Shown: piece after piece, positions 48,561 to 60,896 of the stretch
How the letters are laid out: every line of letters begins with the position of its first letter
Position numbering within the stretch: position 1 is the first letter of the stretch
Origin: Macrostomum lignano
Lineage: Eukaryota
Assembly (NCBI GenBank): GCA_002269645.1
Contig: NIVC01001493.1
Coordinates: 186,001 to 250,000, forward strand
Length of the DNA: 64,000 bases
Direction of reading: 5' to 3'
Made by a program: the position numbers and the translations under genes
Notes under the pieces: generated by a model
What the model was told of the DNA's origin: nothing
Database searches by the model: none
Seen by the model: only the letters and a program-made list of their open reading frames with translations

Positions 48561-48744
48561 CACAGACGCATGCAGTGAACGGTTCCATAGCCTACAGTAA
48601 GCATAGCGCAGACTTGAACAGCTAAATCAATTCAATCCAAGCCGTCAAAGCGTATAATTGGAAAACTATTAATAACTGAAGCAATCAATATAGAGAAATA
48701 GTTATAATCAAAGTTCAGTTTGGTACAAAGGCAAACTCCAGCCC

Positions 48745-49229
48745 TCACCGGAACACGTACACAATGAGCAGCACCAGACACAGAGCCGTGACCCCGGCCA
48801 CCACAATAGCATCGCGCCGCTTCCTCAGGTTGATCTTGTGAATCAGATTGTTCATAGTCGGGAACCTGGTCGCTACGGCGTTCAAACGATTCTGCACGCC
48901 TCGAACGACTCGATTCTGACCGAGCAGATTCTCTTTAACAGACATGGCCAAGTCGATCTGCTGGTCGGCCAGTCTCTCGCTAGACTTCAGCGACTCATTC
49001 TCGGACAGAATCAGGCCGGTCCGACCTTGAGCTCGGAAAGCGTTGATGTCGGTTCGAACCGAGCCGAGAAGTTCCTCTCGCTCCCTGGCAGCTTCAATGT
49101 TGTGCCGGGTGCGTTGGAACTCTTTCTGATAGTCGGTCAGGATGTCCCGGTGCCGCTGCAGGGTGTGCAGAGAGCCGGCGCCGCTTTCCACGCACTCGGT
49201 CATGGCTGAGTGGCAGGAGGACAGCTCGC
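48745..49229 (-). CDS. GOSR1: Golgi SNARE GOSR1 (GS28), exon 2 (join complement 50130..50337, 48745..49229)
   Basis: HTLQRHRDILTDYQKEF...RFPTMNNLIHKINLRKRRDAIVVAGV plus a C-terminal transmembrane segment; split codon A|GC after acceptor CCACAG. Confidence 0.94.
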
Positions 49230-49384
49230 CTGTGGGGGGGCAGGTAACTTTGAAGGTCATTCATTTCAAAATCAATGGATTAGTAGATTGTTTTCCGATA
49301 ACGAGACTCTCGTGAGCCTGGAATTCCTGCGTTTTAGAGGTTGATCCAGGTCTTAGGTATTCTCTTTTTTAGGGTTAAGGAGAA

Positions 49385-50045
49385 TTTCGGAACCTCAAAA
49401 ATCGAGAGAAATTTCCGAACCTCAAGGATCAACGGCAATTTCTGATCGTCAAGGATCAAGGGGAATTCCCAAACCTTAACTTATCAAGTATTAAGGATCA
49501 AGTAGTCAAGGATCAAGGGGAATTTCTGATTATTAAAGATCAACGGCAATTCCTGATCGTAAAGGATCAAGGGGAATTCCGAAAGTTTAAGGATCAATGG
49601 GAATTCCCGAACCGCACAGATCATGGGGATTTTCCGAACCGCAAAGATCAAGAGGAATTCCTGATCGTCGAGGTCCTAGGGGAATTCCTAAACCTCAAAT
49701 ATCAAGGGGAATTCCCGAACCTCAAAGATAAAGGGAAATTCCCGATTATCAAATATCAAGGGGAATTCCCGAACCTCAAAGATTAAGGGGAATTCCCGAT
49801 CATAAAAAAAATCAAAGGGAATTCCCGAACCTCAAAAGATTAATGGGAATTCCCAAACCTCAAAGATCAAGGGAATTCCCGAACCTCAAAGATCAAGGGG
49901 AATTCCTGATCATAAAAAATCAAAGGGAATTCCCGAACCTCAAAACCTCAAAAGATTAATGGGAATTCCCAAACCTCAAAGATCAAGGGAATTCCCGAAC
50001 CTCAAAAATCAAGGGGAATTCCTGATCGTAAAGTTCCCGGGGGAA
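49385..50045. repeat. ~27-bp degenerate minisatellite with palindromic core GGGAATTCCC in the GOSR1 intron
   Basis: Direct reading. Confidence 0.9.
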
Positions 50046-50129
50046 TATCTGATTTTCAAATACAAAGACAAATGCTTGCTAGTTTCCTATGCTACTAAAA
50101 TTCCAATTTCTCACACCCGCAACTCTCAC

Positions 50130-50337
50130 TTAACAGACGCTCCACCTCCGCGCTCATAGAGGCCAGCATGTGACCGCCAGTTTCGCTGCCGCCGCCGCCG
50201 CCGCCGCGACCCGAACTGGCGCCCAGCTTGGACAGGCTGACCAGCTTCTGGTCTAGCGAGTTCTCCAGCTGACGCGCCCGCCGTCGAACTTCTTCCCAAC
50301 GCCTCGCCTGCTGCGCCGGGCCGCTGGTGGCTTCCAT
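50130..50337 (-). CDS. GOSR1: GOSR1 exon 1 (alternative in-frame ATG at 50343)
   Basis: WEEVRRRARQLENSLDQKLVSLSKL...MSAEVERLL; donor GTGAG starts at 50129. Confidence 0.92.
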
Positions 50338-50889
50338 AAACATTTATTTATTAAATAAGTAATTATTTTTTAATCAGTTCAGGCGCCAATAATATTAATA
50401 CTTGTGCAGCGCATGAAAGTGTTTGATATTGGAGCAATAGTTTGAATTCATATTTTATAATTTTCACCATACATGGGATGGAATATATGGTGCTGATATT
50501 AATTTTATTCAAATGAAAGACATAACTTTAAAAAGCATATTTGCATAACAAAATTAATATGACTTTAGTTACTTTACTATGTAGTGAGCCGCTAGTTTAT
50601 TGTTAGGCGTCGCCCTTGTCAGCTGTTCCCTCGCCTCCGCCCTGGGTTGCTGTCTGCCGCTGGTCAGCTTCCCGCCCCTCCCTTTCGCGTGTCTGCTGCT
50701 GCCTGTGGCCTGTTCTGGCCTTCTGCGTCTCCGTTCTCAGCCCCCAGCCTCTTGGCTGTGGGCTGTCTCTGTTTCGCTCCCGTCCCGTTTTCCCTGTCTT
50801 GTGAGCAAGTCACATGACAGTTCTTGCGTTCTTTGAGTCTTAAAGTGCAGTAAACATGTTTACTGCACTTGTTGGCCCTGTTTACCGGG

Positions 50890-51137
50890 TGAGTCACGTG
50901 CTTTCGGACCCCTCCCTTCTCTAAGGAGAGGAGTGACTCATGTTGCTAAAAATAGCAACTGAGTCACAGCCGCGTGTACTCTGGCCGGGGACCTCAAGTG
51001 ACGTCAGTTCTAAAAATAGAACAAGTCACGAGGTCTTCCGCACGCTTGTACCCTGCCCAAGACTCTCGAGTGACGTCAGTTCTAAAAATAGAACAAGTCA
51101 CAAGGTCTGGAGCGTGGGAATTTCCCGGCTATAAATA
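50890..51137 (+). promoter_or_regulatory. Dense enhancer/promoter cassette with AP-1, CRE, MEF2, kappaB-like and TATA motifs
   Basis: TGA(G/C)TCA at 50890, 50934 and 50960; CTAAAAATAG at 50946, 51010 and 51082; TGACGTCA at 50999 and 51071; GGGAATTTCC at 51116; TATAAATA at 51130; 32-bp direct repeat. Function is inferred from motifs only. Confidence 0.6.
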
Positions 51138-51490
51138 GGAGCCCTCTCCCCCTTGTTTCCGTCAAGGAGTCTTCCTTTAGTTCTTGATTCCAGAGTTTTA
51201 AGACCCATGTGCATTAGCATCTGAACTGAGTGCCCGACTGCATACATTGAGTCTGTTCGTATTGGTCTGACTGAGACCCGACCAAAGCGCCCCAAGCCTA
51301 CGAGAGACTAACTCAGCCCTCCCTCTGCCATCCAAGCCCGGCAGGTACTGCTGACGAGACGCCTTATACGTTGAGCTGCAAATCTGCACGTTGTGCTGTG
51401 TTCGTTGACTTCATTATTTCGTTCTAACGGGAAGCTCACCTCACCGAAGGCCGAGACCTGAAGGAACTGGTGGCAGCACTACCTACGCTA
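51125..51490 (+). repeat. LTR-like/promoter-like dispersed repeat, copy 1
   Basis: Shares TAAATAGGA, CCTTGTTTCCGTCAAGGA, CTGCTGAC, CAAATCTGCACG, ATTTCGTTC, AGCTCACCTCACCGAAG and TGGCAGCACT, in order, with 56058-56089 plus 59193-59520. Confidence 0.7.
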
Positions 51491-51734
51491 CTAAAGTTAA
51501 GAAGGCTTTTAAGTAAGAGGACGGAGCCCAAGTCACTGCGCTGTACAGCAGGACAACCACAGGTACAACAACTAAAGCAGACTAAATTTGGCATATAATT
51601 TTTTCCTTGCACTATGCACTAATATTTAAAGTTGTTATAGCCCAAAACTAAGTTATGTTTGCTTTTTATAATATGCAATTGCATTGCAAAGGTTTTTATT
51701 TGCAAAAACCTACTATGAATTCAAATCTGCTTTT

Positions 51735-51994
51735 TGCATACACATTGGCCAATCCGGCCAACCAAGGTAAGTTGCAAAAATGCCCACCCCAAAGAATACA
51801 GATGTAGTACTAATTAGATGATGAGGCATTTAGCCCTTATAAGACAGTTATAGTTACTTTTGCCATTTACCCAAAATTGCATTAATTTTGCTTTAGGGTT
51901 TTTTCACATGTAAGTTGCATTTTTGGATAAAAACTGTCACATTTTTTGTTAAAACTAAGTTGCATGGCCAAGCAAATTTTGGAGGTTGCGCATA
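51735..51994 (-). mobile_element. 28S-rRNA-fragment MITE, copy A (most decayed; rRNA-like segment 51809-51872)
   Basis: Aligns with 60897-61185 over most of its length; right end GGAGGTTGCGCAT. Left boundary is approximate. Confidence 0.8.
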
Positions 51995-53445
51995 TATGGA
52001 CAAGTCATTGGACATTCATAGAATTTCCTACTTCTAGTTTGTCCAAGCCTTTATTTAAGTATGAATTTGAACTTTTGATATTCATGTTTGTAAGAAAATT
52101 AATAATAATCATATCATAACAATTTTTATAAAATTGTATTCAAATTAAATTAAATACAAAAATAATATAGATTCACAAAAGATATTACAAAAAACAATTA
52201 ATAATTACTAATCAATGGAATCTATGAATGGTACTAAGCTGCATACTTTCATTTCTTTCTTTTGTGCTGATTGCATTAAGTGCATTGGAGAAATGGCCAA
52301 TTTGTACTAGAAAAGTTAATGAAACCTACTACTTTTCTGACTATAAGGGATGATCAAAAAGTTCTGCAACCTACTCTTCTATAGTCATTTTGGCTATACC
52401 AAATGAATAAAATTCTATACATAGCTGGCTAATTTTGTTATTAATTTAAGTGTGGAAATTTGTTAAAATTAAATATTAGTTATATGGCTGGATTCCAACC
52501 ATTTATATTTTTTGCTTCTGCATAGAACCTTTCAAAGACCATATTTGCTTCTTTATCTATATGTATATACAGCTAAGTCAAAGAGCTATAGACATCCACC
52601 AATTAATTTGGCTTTAGTTTTTCTTGAATTTGTACCATATTTTGATACTAAAGCATGTTGGTTTGATAGTCAATTGAGTATCTGAGATAAACCCAGCCTA
52701 GGCAACCTTGGATATCTATGACTAAGGGGTTAGTAACCTATGCAGAAGCCATTGTGCATGAGGATTAAAGAATTATACTGAGATTCATCGCTTATAAGCT
52801 TAGAATGAGCTATGGTAGCACTCACAACATTAAATATGCATAAAAAGCTAATGCACTATAGTAAGACTTATGCATATTGGTTGTTACATTTGCTTATAGT
52901 AGAGCAATGAGCTAAGCATATAGGCCTAAGCATATGCTGACTATGGCAATAGATATTTAAACCTAATAGCCCTAGAAGGTTGTCTGATATTGTAATAGAC
53001 AACAAATAATAGATTCCTTTTTTAGAATAAAGAAAAGCAGTCCAACATAGTCTAGTTGACCAAAAAAGGCTAGGCTTAAAGTTTTAAAGAGCCAATGAAC
53101 TGTGAAGGGCTAATGCACACTAGAAAAATCTGGCATATAGGATACCTTCTAGACCCAAGAAGATAGAAAATAGAAAGAAAAATACTTTGTCAAAGAGAAA
53201 AAAGAACTTTTTTTAAATATTCATTTGGCTTTTCTTGAGATGATAACAAACTAAATAATCTTTCATAGAAATGCACATTTAAAAAACTATAATGTGCTAT
53301 CTATAAAACTAGGTGTTTTTATATTTTAAAATTTAAAATAAGTTATAATATAAGTCATTATAAAATAGAAAGCCAATATAATAAACTATTTGTTTCAATT
53401 CTTAAAAAGGCATAACTAATCTTTTATTTTAGATATAGTCCCATA

Positions 53446-53720
53446 CATGCACAACCTCCAAAATTTGGTCGGCCGTGTGACTTAGTTTTAACAAAAATGC
53501 GACATAGTTTTTGGCCGAAAATGTGACTTACATGTAAAATGCAATGAATGCAACTTTGGGTAAACGGCAGGAGTAACTATGACTGTCTTATAAAGCCAAA
53601 ATGCCTCGTCAGCTACTTAGTACTACTACTTGGTGTTTTTCTGGTGGGCATTTTGTGACTTCCATAGTTGGCTGCCAAATTGGCCAGCCAGATCAGCCGA
53701 CTTGGTGACTGTTGGCCCTG
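53446..53720 (+). mobile_element. 28S-rRNA-fragment MITE, copy B (rRNA-like segment 53558-53621)
   Basis: Reverse complement of copy D; starts TA|CATGCACAACCTCC and has a degenerate far TIR. Confidence 0.85.
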
Positions 53721-53954
53721 GTCTAGTTTCAAGATGTGATTTTTGAACCTAAGATACCATAGTTTGGAAGTAGTGGATTTTGGGTTGGCTTTGGCAGACA
53801 TATAGACATAAATAATTGAATACACTTATATATTAATACGAGGCCAACTCCTCTTTTGGAGAAGAAAGGGGAAGAACTCCCATCACCGGAATTCCATTCC
53901 CTGAACTCCATCAGCCTAATCCCATTTTCCAACAGCTCTCCGCGCAATAGAAAT

Positions 53955-54125
53955 CATCTCTGTGAAACTGAACACCATCAAAATTGTCTCCGTGAAACTG
54001 AACACCATCAAAATTGTCTTAGTAAAACTGAACACCATTGAAATCGTCTCTGTGAAACCAAACACCATCAAAATCCTCTCTGCAAAATAGAAATCCTCTC
54101 CATGAAACTGGACTCAATCAAAATT
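53955..54125. repeat. Short ~30-bp tandem repeat (GAAACTGAACACCATCAAAATTGTCTCCGT)
   Basis: Four to five degenerate units. Confidence 0.75.
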
Positions 54126-55429
54126 TCTCCGTCAAACAGAACTCAGCTCTTAGAATTCATTCTATACACAGCTGCGTGTTGAAAGGGGCTAGTAAAAAAA
54201 GCATTTTTTTCTCATTCAGTCAATATCATGGTCTCAGTTAGAGTTAACAAAAAGATTGTGCAATCTAATTCAACCCTCCAATACACAGCGACTGATCCCC
54301 TTCCAATATGCAGTGGCAATTAAAGAGAAATATTTATTTATTTTTAGCTCATAGCATCCAAGCTACAATAAGTTGAAGTTTAGTCTATGGCCATAGACAT
54401 ATTGAGCTCTCACTGCGGAAAAATACACTAATTAGATAGGGAAAATACAGTTTTTTGAATATTTAATCCCTTTAGCAATGAGCTAGAGCTCATTAAAATA
54501 GCCTAAAGCCTGCTCTGGAAAATTTGCAGTTTTCCCATATAAGTTTCGACGCTGACTTGGCAGTATTGTAGGAGTTCACTTGCTACATATATACAGACAG
54601 ACAAACAAACATCGCACCACTTTTAGTATTAGGAGAGAAGAGATAAGGATAAGGATCAATCAACATTGCTATGCTAATAATATATATTTATGTAATGTTA
54701 GGCCTAGGAATTTATTCTTTTGTTTGTTAGAAAGTTGTTAGGGCCTATTATTGTTAAAACACTTGCTAAAATAAAAATATTGAATAAGGCCTTACTTATT
54801 ATAATAAAACATGGAATATTTGATAATATATAAGCCTAAAACATCATTCTTATGTTTTTATCCTGATTTTTTGCAACCTTTCTACTTGTCTCTATTTTCA
54901 AAACATAGGCCTACTTTATCTTCATTCCACTGTCTAATTTTAAATGTCAACTTTATTTTGTTGCATTTATGAATTCTTTGGCATTAGCCTCTAAAACATG
55001 ATAGCACTTTTATAAGGTGTTGTGCTGCCACAATGCAAAGGCCTAATCAAAAGGAATTAAGGAAACTCTTTGTAAAGAGGACAGTTCAAGCATAGGAACA
55101 TCAATATATCAAGAGTCTTGATCCATAGTCAATAGTTCTTAGGAGACTTTAGTCCAGTAAAAAGCAAAAAGCCTTGCTTCACAGTGGCATTCTCTGCAGT
55201 GAATGTCAGCACTACCTTAGCTAAACAGGATAGAAGTGGCCAGTGACTGGATCAGCATGCAGCCATGATCAGAAGTTTCCACCAGCCAGCTTGATGTCTC
55301 TGGCTTGCAGTTGACCACTCAGAGCCACTTCTGGCTCTACAGGATCTCTATATGCTGCTTGAGAAAATATCTTGGGCCTGGGCGTAAGCTCACAGTTTAG
55401 CTTTAGAATGGTCGCTACCATAGGGCCTA

Positions 55430-55607
55430 CATGCGCAACCCCCTGATTTGTGATTTACAGTGGGTAGGTACACCGTGCGATCCATGCGACTCACTTTTTG
55501 ATAGGTAGGGGCCTACGGTTTCCCTACCTATATAAAAAAGCAAAAATTAACGTAATTGTGGGTAAACGGCGGGAGTAACTATGACTGTATTGTAAAGGCT
55601 AAATGCC
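55430..55607 (+). mobile_element. 28S-rRNA-fragment MITE, copy C (divergent subfamily, truncated; rRNA-like segment 55560-55607)
   Basis: Starts TA|CATGCGCAACC. The left interior differs, but AAAGCAAAAATTAACG and GGGTAAACGGCGGGAGTAACTATGACT are shared. Confidence 0.75.
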
Positions 55608-56089
55608 TTTACACTCAGCAGATCTCGGTTTATCTTAAGTTCTCCGTAGCGGCTACATTTCTGCATTCGGCATTCCGAATCTGAAATACGGCATTTAACT
55701 AGACCGCTCAGCCACGATCACATCACAGCTACCCTCCCCTGAGCCTGAGGAACTCAGCAGACGGAGCTCCCCCTTATTTCGCACCCCGAGTTCGTTCGAG
55801 TTTGTTTAAATCGCAAAACCGAACAGCCAAACCCGAAGTCTCCGAGCCGCCACCCCAAGAAATTTTATCTCAAACCACCCCGGTCGTTCTCAAAATCATC
55901 GAATCATTCCACTTTTGAATTGTTTTTTAGGTCTTAGAATATTTTAACAAAAAAGTGCAACAAATTTTATAGTTTTAAGCGTTTTAAGCAGAAAATACAG
56001 ATATCATTTAAATCATAAAAAAATTTGTATTATTTAGACTGTTTAGTATGGGGTTGATCCGGTAAGATTAAATAGGATTACCCCTCAGC

Positions 56090-59000
56090 GGGTGATTCTC
56101 ATCGAGAGGTTTCGGAGGTTTTGAGGTTTTTCAGAGGTTTCATTTCGAACAAATATTTTTGCACAAAATTTTTAATACCGTACAAAAATTGAAATCTTAC
56201 TGAAATTTACTAATGAATACAAATTTTCTTTAGAAAATAGCTCGGAGGTTTTGGATTCTTTTTAATTTTGCTTCTGATAGGCACGCGCGGAAATTATTTA
56301 ACTGTTTTTATGCGAAGTGGTAGGGTCCTTCTGACACATTTTATGCCATGCCATTTTCATTGCTTCCTTTTCATTTCACAAGCGCAAAGTTGCGAATAGT
56401 CACAAGTGTGTGTTGTTCTATTTCAATGCATATTCGTAACTATCCTAATTTCTACTTGACCTGTCCATGTAATTAAAAACAGACACTATTTACCAATACG
56501 AATTTTAGATTGTTTTTGACTTGGTCAAAAAAGCTATCATTTTTTAAGCCAGACTAACTAAATTAAGACTAACAAGACCAAGTCAGTATTTTTTTCATCA
56601 AGTCAGTATCAGTCGCTATTTAATATAGATTGTTAGTCTAACTAACTAAAGGCCCTAAGTATTTTACTAGGCATCTATAATGTAAAATATAATTATTTTT
56701 TCACTTATTTGATATTCTTTTTTATTTTACATCCATTATACTAAAACTTTTATTTTTCTATTTTCTATTATTTACTATTTTTACATCATCATCCTAAATC
56801 CTAACACACAATGCACATAAGATAAAAATTTATTACCTAAGCCAAGCCTCTAATACTAGTGAATAATTCTCTTCACAAAGCTTTAAAAATGGCAATTTTT
56901 TATTTTACTGCTTTACCTCTACCTATAAAATTGAAAGCTCTAATGATCTGAAATTTTTATACTTTTAATTTTAAATAGGCCTATAATTTGTTAATAGCTT
57001 TATATTCAGTCATAATTTAAGCTGATATAGTCGAGTACAATTTCTATTCCCTGAAGATGACTGCTTGTGTCGAAACGCGTTGGCTATTATAATAATTTAT
57101 TATATGTTGGTGTTGGCCTTCATTTCTCTATTATTTTTTAAACGAGCATCACTACCAGCCCATTTCTATTACTCTTTTACATTAGTAACTTGCTTTAGTT
57201 TTTGTCTTTTTATGCAAATATTCAAAGTAAATAGTAGCTTGTACTTATGTATGCCTAGTCATCACATTTTTATTCAATTTTTAATTTACTTTATAAGTAA
57301 ATTGTTTTAATATTAAACAAATATACTCTCTTATCATCCACAGTAGTTATCATGCCAATGAAATGCATGGTGCCAACCATGTTGGGGAGAAGGCTCTAAA
57401 TCTTTAGATTTTCTTATGATGTTAAGTACTTACACTAGACCCATATACTAAAATAATATCATTAGTCTAAAATCTTCTAGTCTAAAGTCTAAAATCAAAT
57501 ATCTTAGTCTAAAATAAGACTAACATTGTATTTCTCAATCATGCCATCTTTCCTGAACCCATCAAACTATGGAAATTTGTACAAAGCAATGGCCTACTAA
57601 AATACCATTGCTCATGATGATATGCTTCTAGAAGTCGCAGCGCAGTTGGCGCGATATGCTTTCGGCACGGCTCGACTTCAGCGTTTTTGCTCATCATTGC
57701 ATCACTCGAGTCCCATTGTCCCATTTTTGGGCTTCCAGCATAAAAAATCAACTGTTTCGATAGTCTCAATTGGAGGCCATGAAAGGCAATGTCAGACATG
57801 CTGGTGCCAATCTTGGAGAGGAATTTGCAGCCCACCTGATTGCCCTGTGGGAATTGTGCCAAGGGAACTCACACCAATCATTTTTGTCCAGCAGCAGCAG
57901 CCGAGTGTTACTGATCCAAATGGAACTCACTACAACTGACATAATGCGACTGCCCGATTGCACTTTGCTGGCAGTAGCGGAAACCACGCACTGGAGAAGC
58001 ATCGCCTATGTTCCTCACCCTACAATATTGAGGTCTCGATCACGTCGGTGGTCTTGACGATGTAGGATACAGGCTCAGAATGCAGGCAGGAGACCAGGCA
58101 AGCGGTAGTTCAGGCATGGTATTGGCAGCTGAAACAAAGCATGTTGAAATAAAAGGTATTGATTACTTTCATCTATAACTTTTTATAAACAATCAATTTT
58201 AAAAGTCAATATGATTTGACATAATGATTTTCCTATACATTTATTCTTGCAATCTTTAAAGATGCCAATACATTTATATTGAAGAAATTATATTATTTTA
58301 AAATAAACAATGCCAAAAATGTGTCCAATGACTTTTTAGTTTTAACTCTAGTAAATATATTGGTATCAGCTATCTAGTTTATTGCTCAACATAGATTTTT
58401 AGCATCAAACAAAGGTGGTGCAATACATGTGCAAAGTCTTACTGTAAGCATTTTGTTTGTATAAGAACTAACTCAAACATGTTAGAGCTTTTGTCAGCAG
58501 TAACAGTTGTGCAACTAGTGTTATTTATGAGAGAAAAGCTAATAGCTTTCAGTGATTGAAATTAATTTTATGATTAAAAGTAAAATGTTCGGCTTTAAGT
58601 AATTAAAAGTAAAATGCATACTTGTAATTCCAGGCCCTTAGATATTTATAAAAAAAAACATTGAGACAACAATAATTCTGCTATTTACTTCTGTGAGGTA
58701 GTATGTCTTAACATAACATAACATCACATCAATGTCATAACATAATTCGAATGCAAAATGGTATGCAGCAGCAGCAGCACTCAAAAGTAAAAACGGGAAA
58801 CGGATGAAACAGCTGTCTATATGTTTTCAGTATATTTCAAGCAGCGCCTTCAAGTCGAATATTTTTTATTTTATTTATGCACCTTGAATGTAAATGCCAA
58901 TGGCAACGATGACATTACCAGTGTGTTGTGTTGCGTAGTGTTTAAAAAACCACTTTCAAGCATGAAAATAGTTGCCTAAGTTAAATAATTTCCGCGCGTG

Positions 59001-59192
59001 CCTATTAAAAGCAAAACTAAAAAGAATCCAAAACCTCCAAGCTATTTTCTAAAGAAAATTTGTATTCATTAGTAAATTTCAGTAAGATTTCAATTTTTTT
59101 ACAGTATTAAAGTTTTTGTGCAAAAATATTTGTTCGAAATGAAACCTCTGAAAAACCTCAAAACCTCCGAAACCTCTCGATGAGAATCACCC
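56090..59192. mobile_element. 3.1-kb non-autonomous Mutator-like (MULE) element with ~213-bp TIRs and a 9-bp TSD
   Basis: 56090-56302 is the near-perfect reverse complement of 58980-59192. CCCCTCAGC lies at 56081-56089 and 59193-59201. No intact transposase ORF. Confidence 0.9.
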
Positions 59193-59520
59193 CCCCTCAG
59201 CCTTGTTTCCGTCAAGGATTTTCTCATTTATAAGATCAGCAATCGGCATCACTTAATTCAGTCCAAGTTCTTTTTCCGACTTATTGTGTGCTTAATCAGT
59301 TCCCGTCCGAAACCCATCAGACCCCTGAGTCTGATCTGAGACTACTGCACCACCCTCTCAGCCATTCCTCATTGAGCCCAGAAGGATCTGCTGACAAGTT
59401 ATTTTTTGGAATCTTAATCAAATCTGCACGGAGTCACTCGACCTGTTTAATTTCGTTCGAACGCGGACCCTAGCTCACCTCACCGAAGACGTCCCCAAGG
59501 GCCAGTGGCAGCACTATATC
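59193..59520 (+). repeat. LTR-like/promoter-like repeat, copy 2 (3' part; the 5' part at ~56058-56089 was split off by the MULE)
   Basis: See copy 1. Removing the MULE restores TAAATAGGA...CCTTGTTTCCGTCAAGGA. Confidence 0.7.
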
Positions 59521-60896
59521 GAGCTACATTACTATTGAAAGCTACTATTAAAGAGCTTTAATTAATTAATAATTGTATGACGTGCTTAGCCGTGCTAGGA
59601 CCTAGGCTGCTCGCCACACGATCAAGCTAGATCATGGGGATGACCATCTGACAGGAGTGGGGGGCCGGCCAAGACTCACTGATTTATTTGTTAGACCTGA
59701 GGCCCGAAGGCTTCCCCACAAGGGGGTCGAAACCCATCAATATGGACTACCTAAAGAGAGTCATTTCGTCATCCACCAATCATATTACTCGTAGTTCCAA
59801 CTTCAAGTGAATTAATGTGACAATCAAACATATTTATTACTTGGAATCCTATGATCCCAGTCATTTTGTCATCTCGATTGATAAAACCTGTCGATCGATC
59901 GGTTCTGCTCAGCTTGCCGCAGCTTATAGAGTTTACACTAACTTGAATCCCATCCCATACAGATTGATTGGTTGATGACGAAGTATCCAGCATAACTAAA
60001 TATTTGGTCACTTTGCCATATTATTTTTCAAGCTACTTTGCTTCTAGTCACTTTGTGCGGACAGCAAATGGGGCTGCTTTACTTGCCATTGAAACTGCAA
60101 CTGTCAGAAGCAAGTGTATTTTTAAGTCATTAAACTTAGGTAGTCAAATTAGCATTTAGGTGTATTACAAGCTACAATATTAATTTGTTTTTATGTATAT
60201 TTTCTGTGAAATCGATTACCAAAATTTAAATGTGTTGAAATCAATAACTTAAAATATAGTCGTCTGCTTCTTCTTATAAAAAACTTCTAAAAAGGACTAA
60301 AATCTATATATAGCTATATATTAATTATTGTCGATCATTATACTCTTTTATGTAGCTAGTTATTAAAAATCTAAAAAAAACTTGACATTCAATAAATTTT
60401 TATCTGTCAAAAAATGTCATTAGCCATAGCCAATAGCCATGTACACATATGTAAAGATTTCTTCTGCTACATTTGAGTTTGTAACTTTTGTTTCCATTGA
60501 TTTTAAATATATTAAAGTTAATATGAAAGAGAGTTGACACTTAATTGGTGCAAAATAATGTTATCTGGATCATTAGAATAAGAGATAGGGCCTAACTATA
60601 TTTATTCACTTATATTGTGCTAGGGGTAACTTCTGTCCTTACAAATGATTCCCTAGCTGTCACTAAAGTTGTCAAAGGGCTAAACTCCTGTTTTTATAAA
60701 TGTTGGTAGCTGCCACCAGGATTATCCTATTAATAAATTATTAGTTTATCAATCTTAGAATAATCCGAGAAATGTTTCTTAGAATTGATCTGAGTATATA
60801 TCTTAGTATTTAGTCTGAGTATTATCTGATTCCGGTAGCATTTACTGTATTTTTGGCCTGAGTGGTCTATTGGCTATACTGGTATATGTATTCATA

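Noticed and set aside
53558-53621. Annotating the 28S-like segments as rRNA genes
   Set aside because: Only 48-64 nt, diverged, and embedded in TIR-bounded repeats with no flanking rRNA sequence.
54400-54650. Helitron/DINE-like tail (ACAGACAGACAAACAAAC...TTTTAGTATTAGGAG)
   Set aside because: Only a vague resemblance, with no second copy or defined ends in the window.
59690-59740. Hammerhead-like CCGAAGG...CCCCACAAGGGG..GAAAC
   Set aside because: No intact CUGANGA core, and stems I and III could not be paired.
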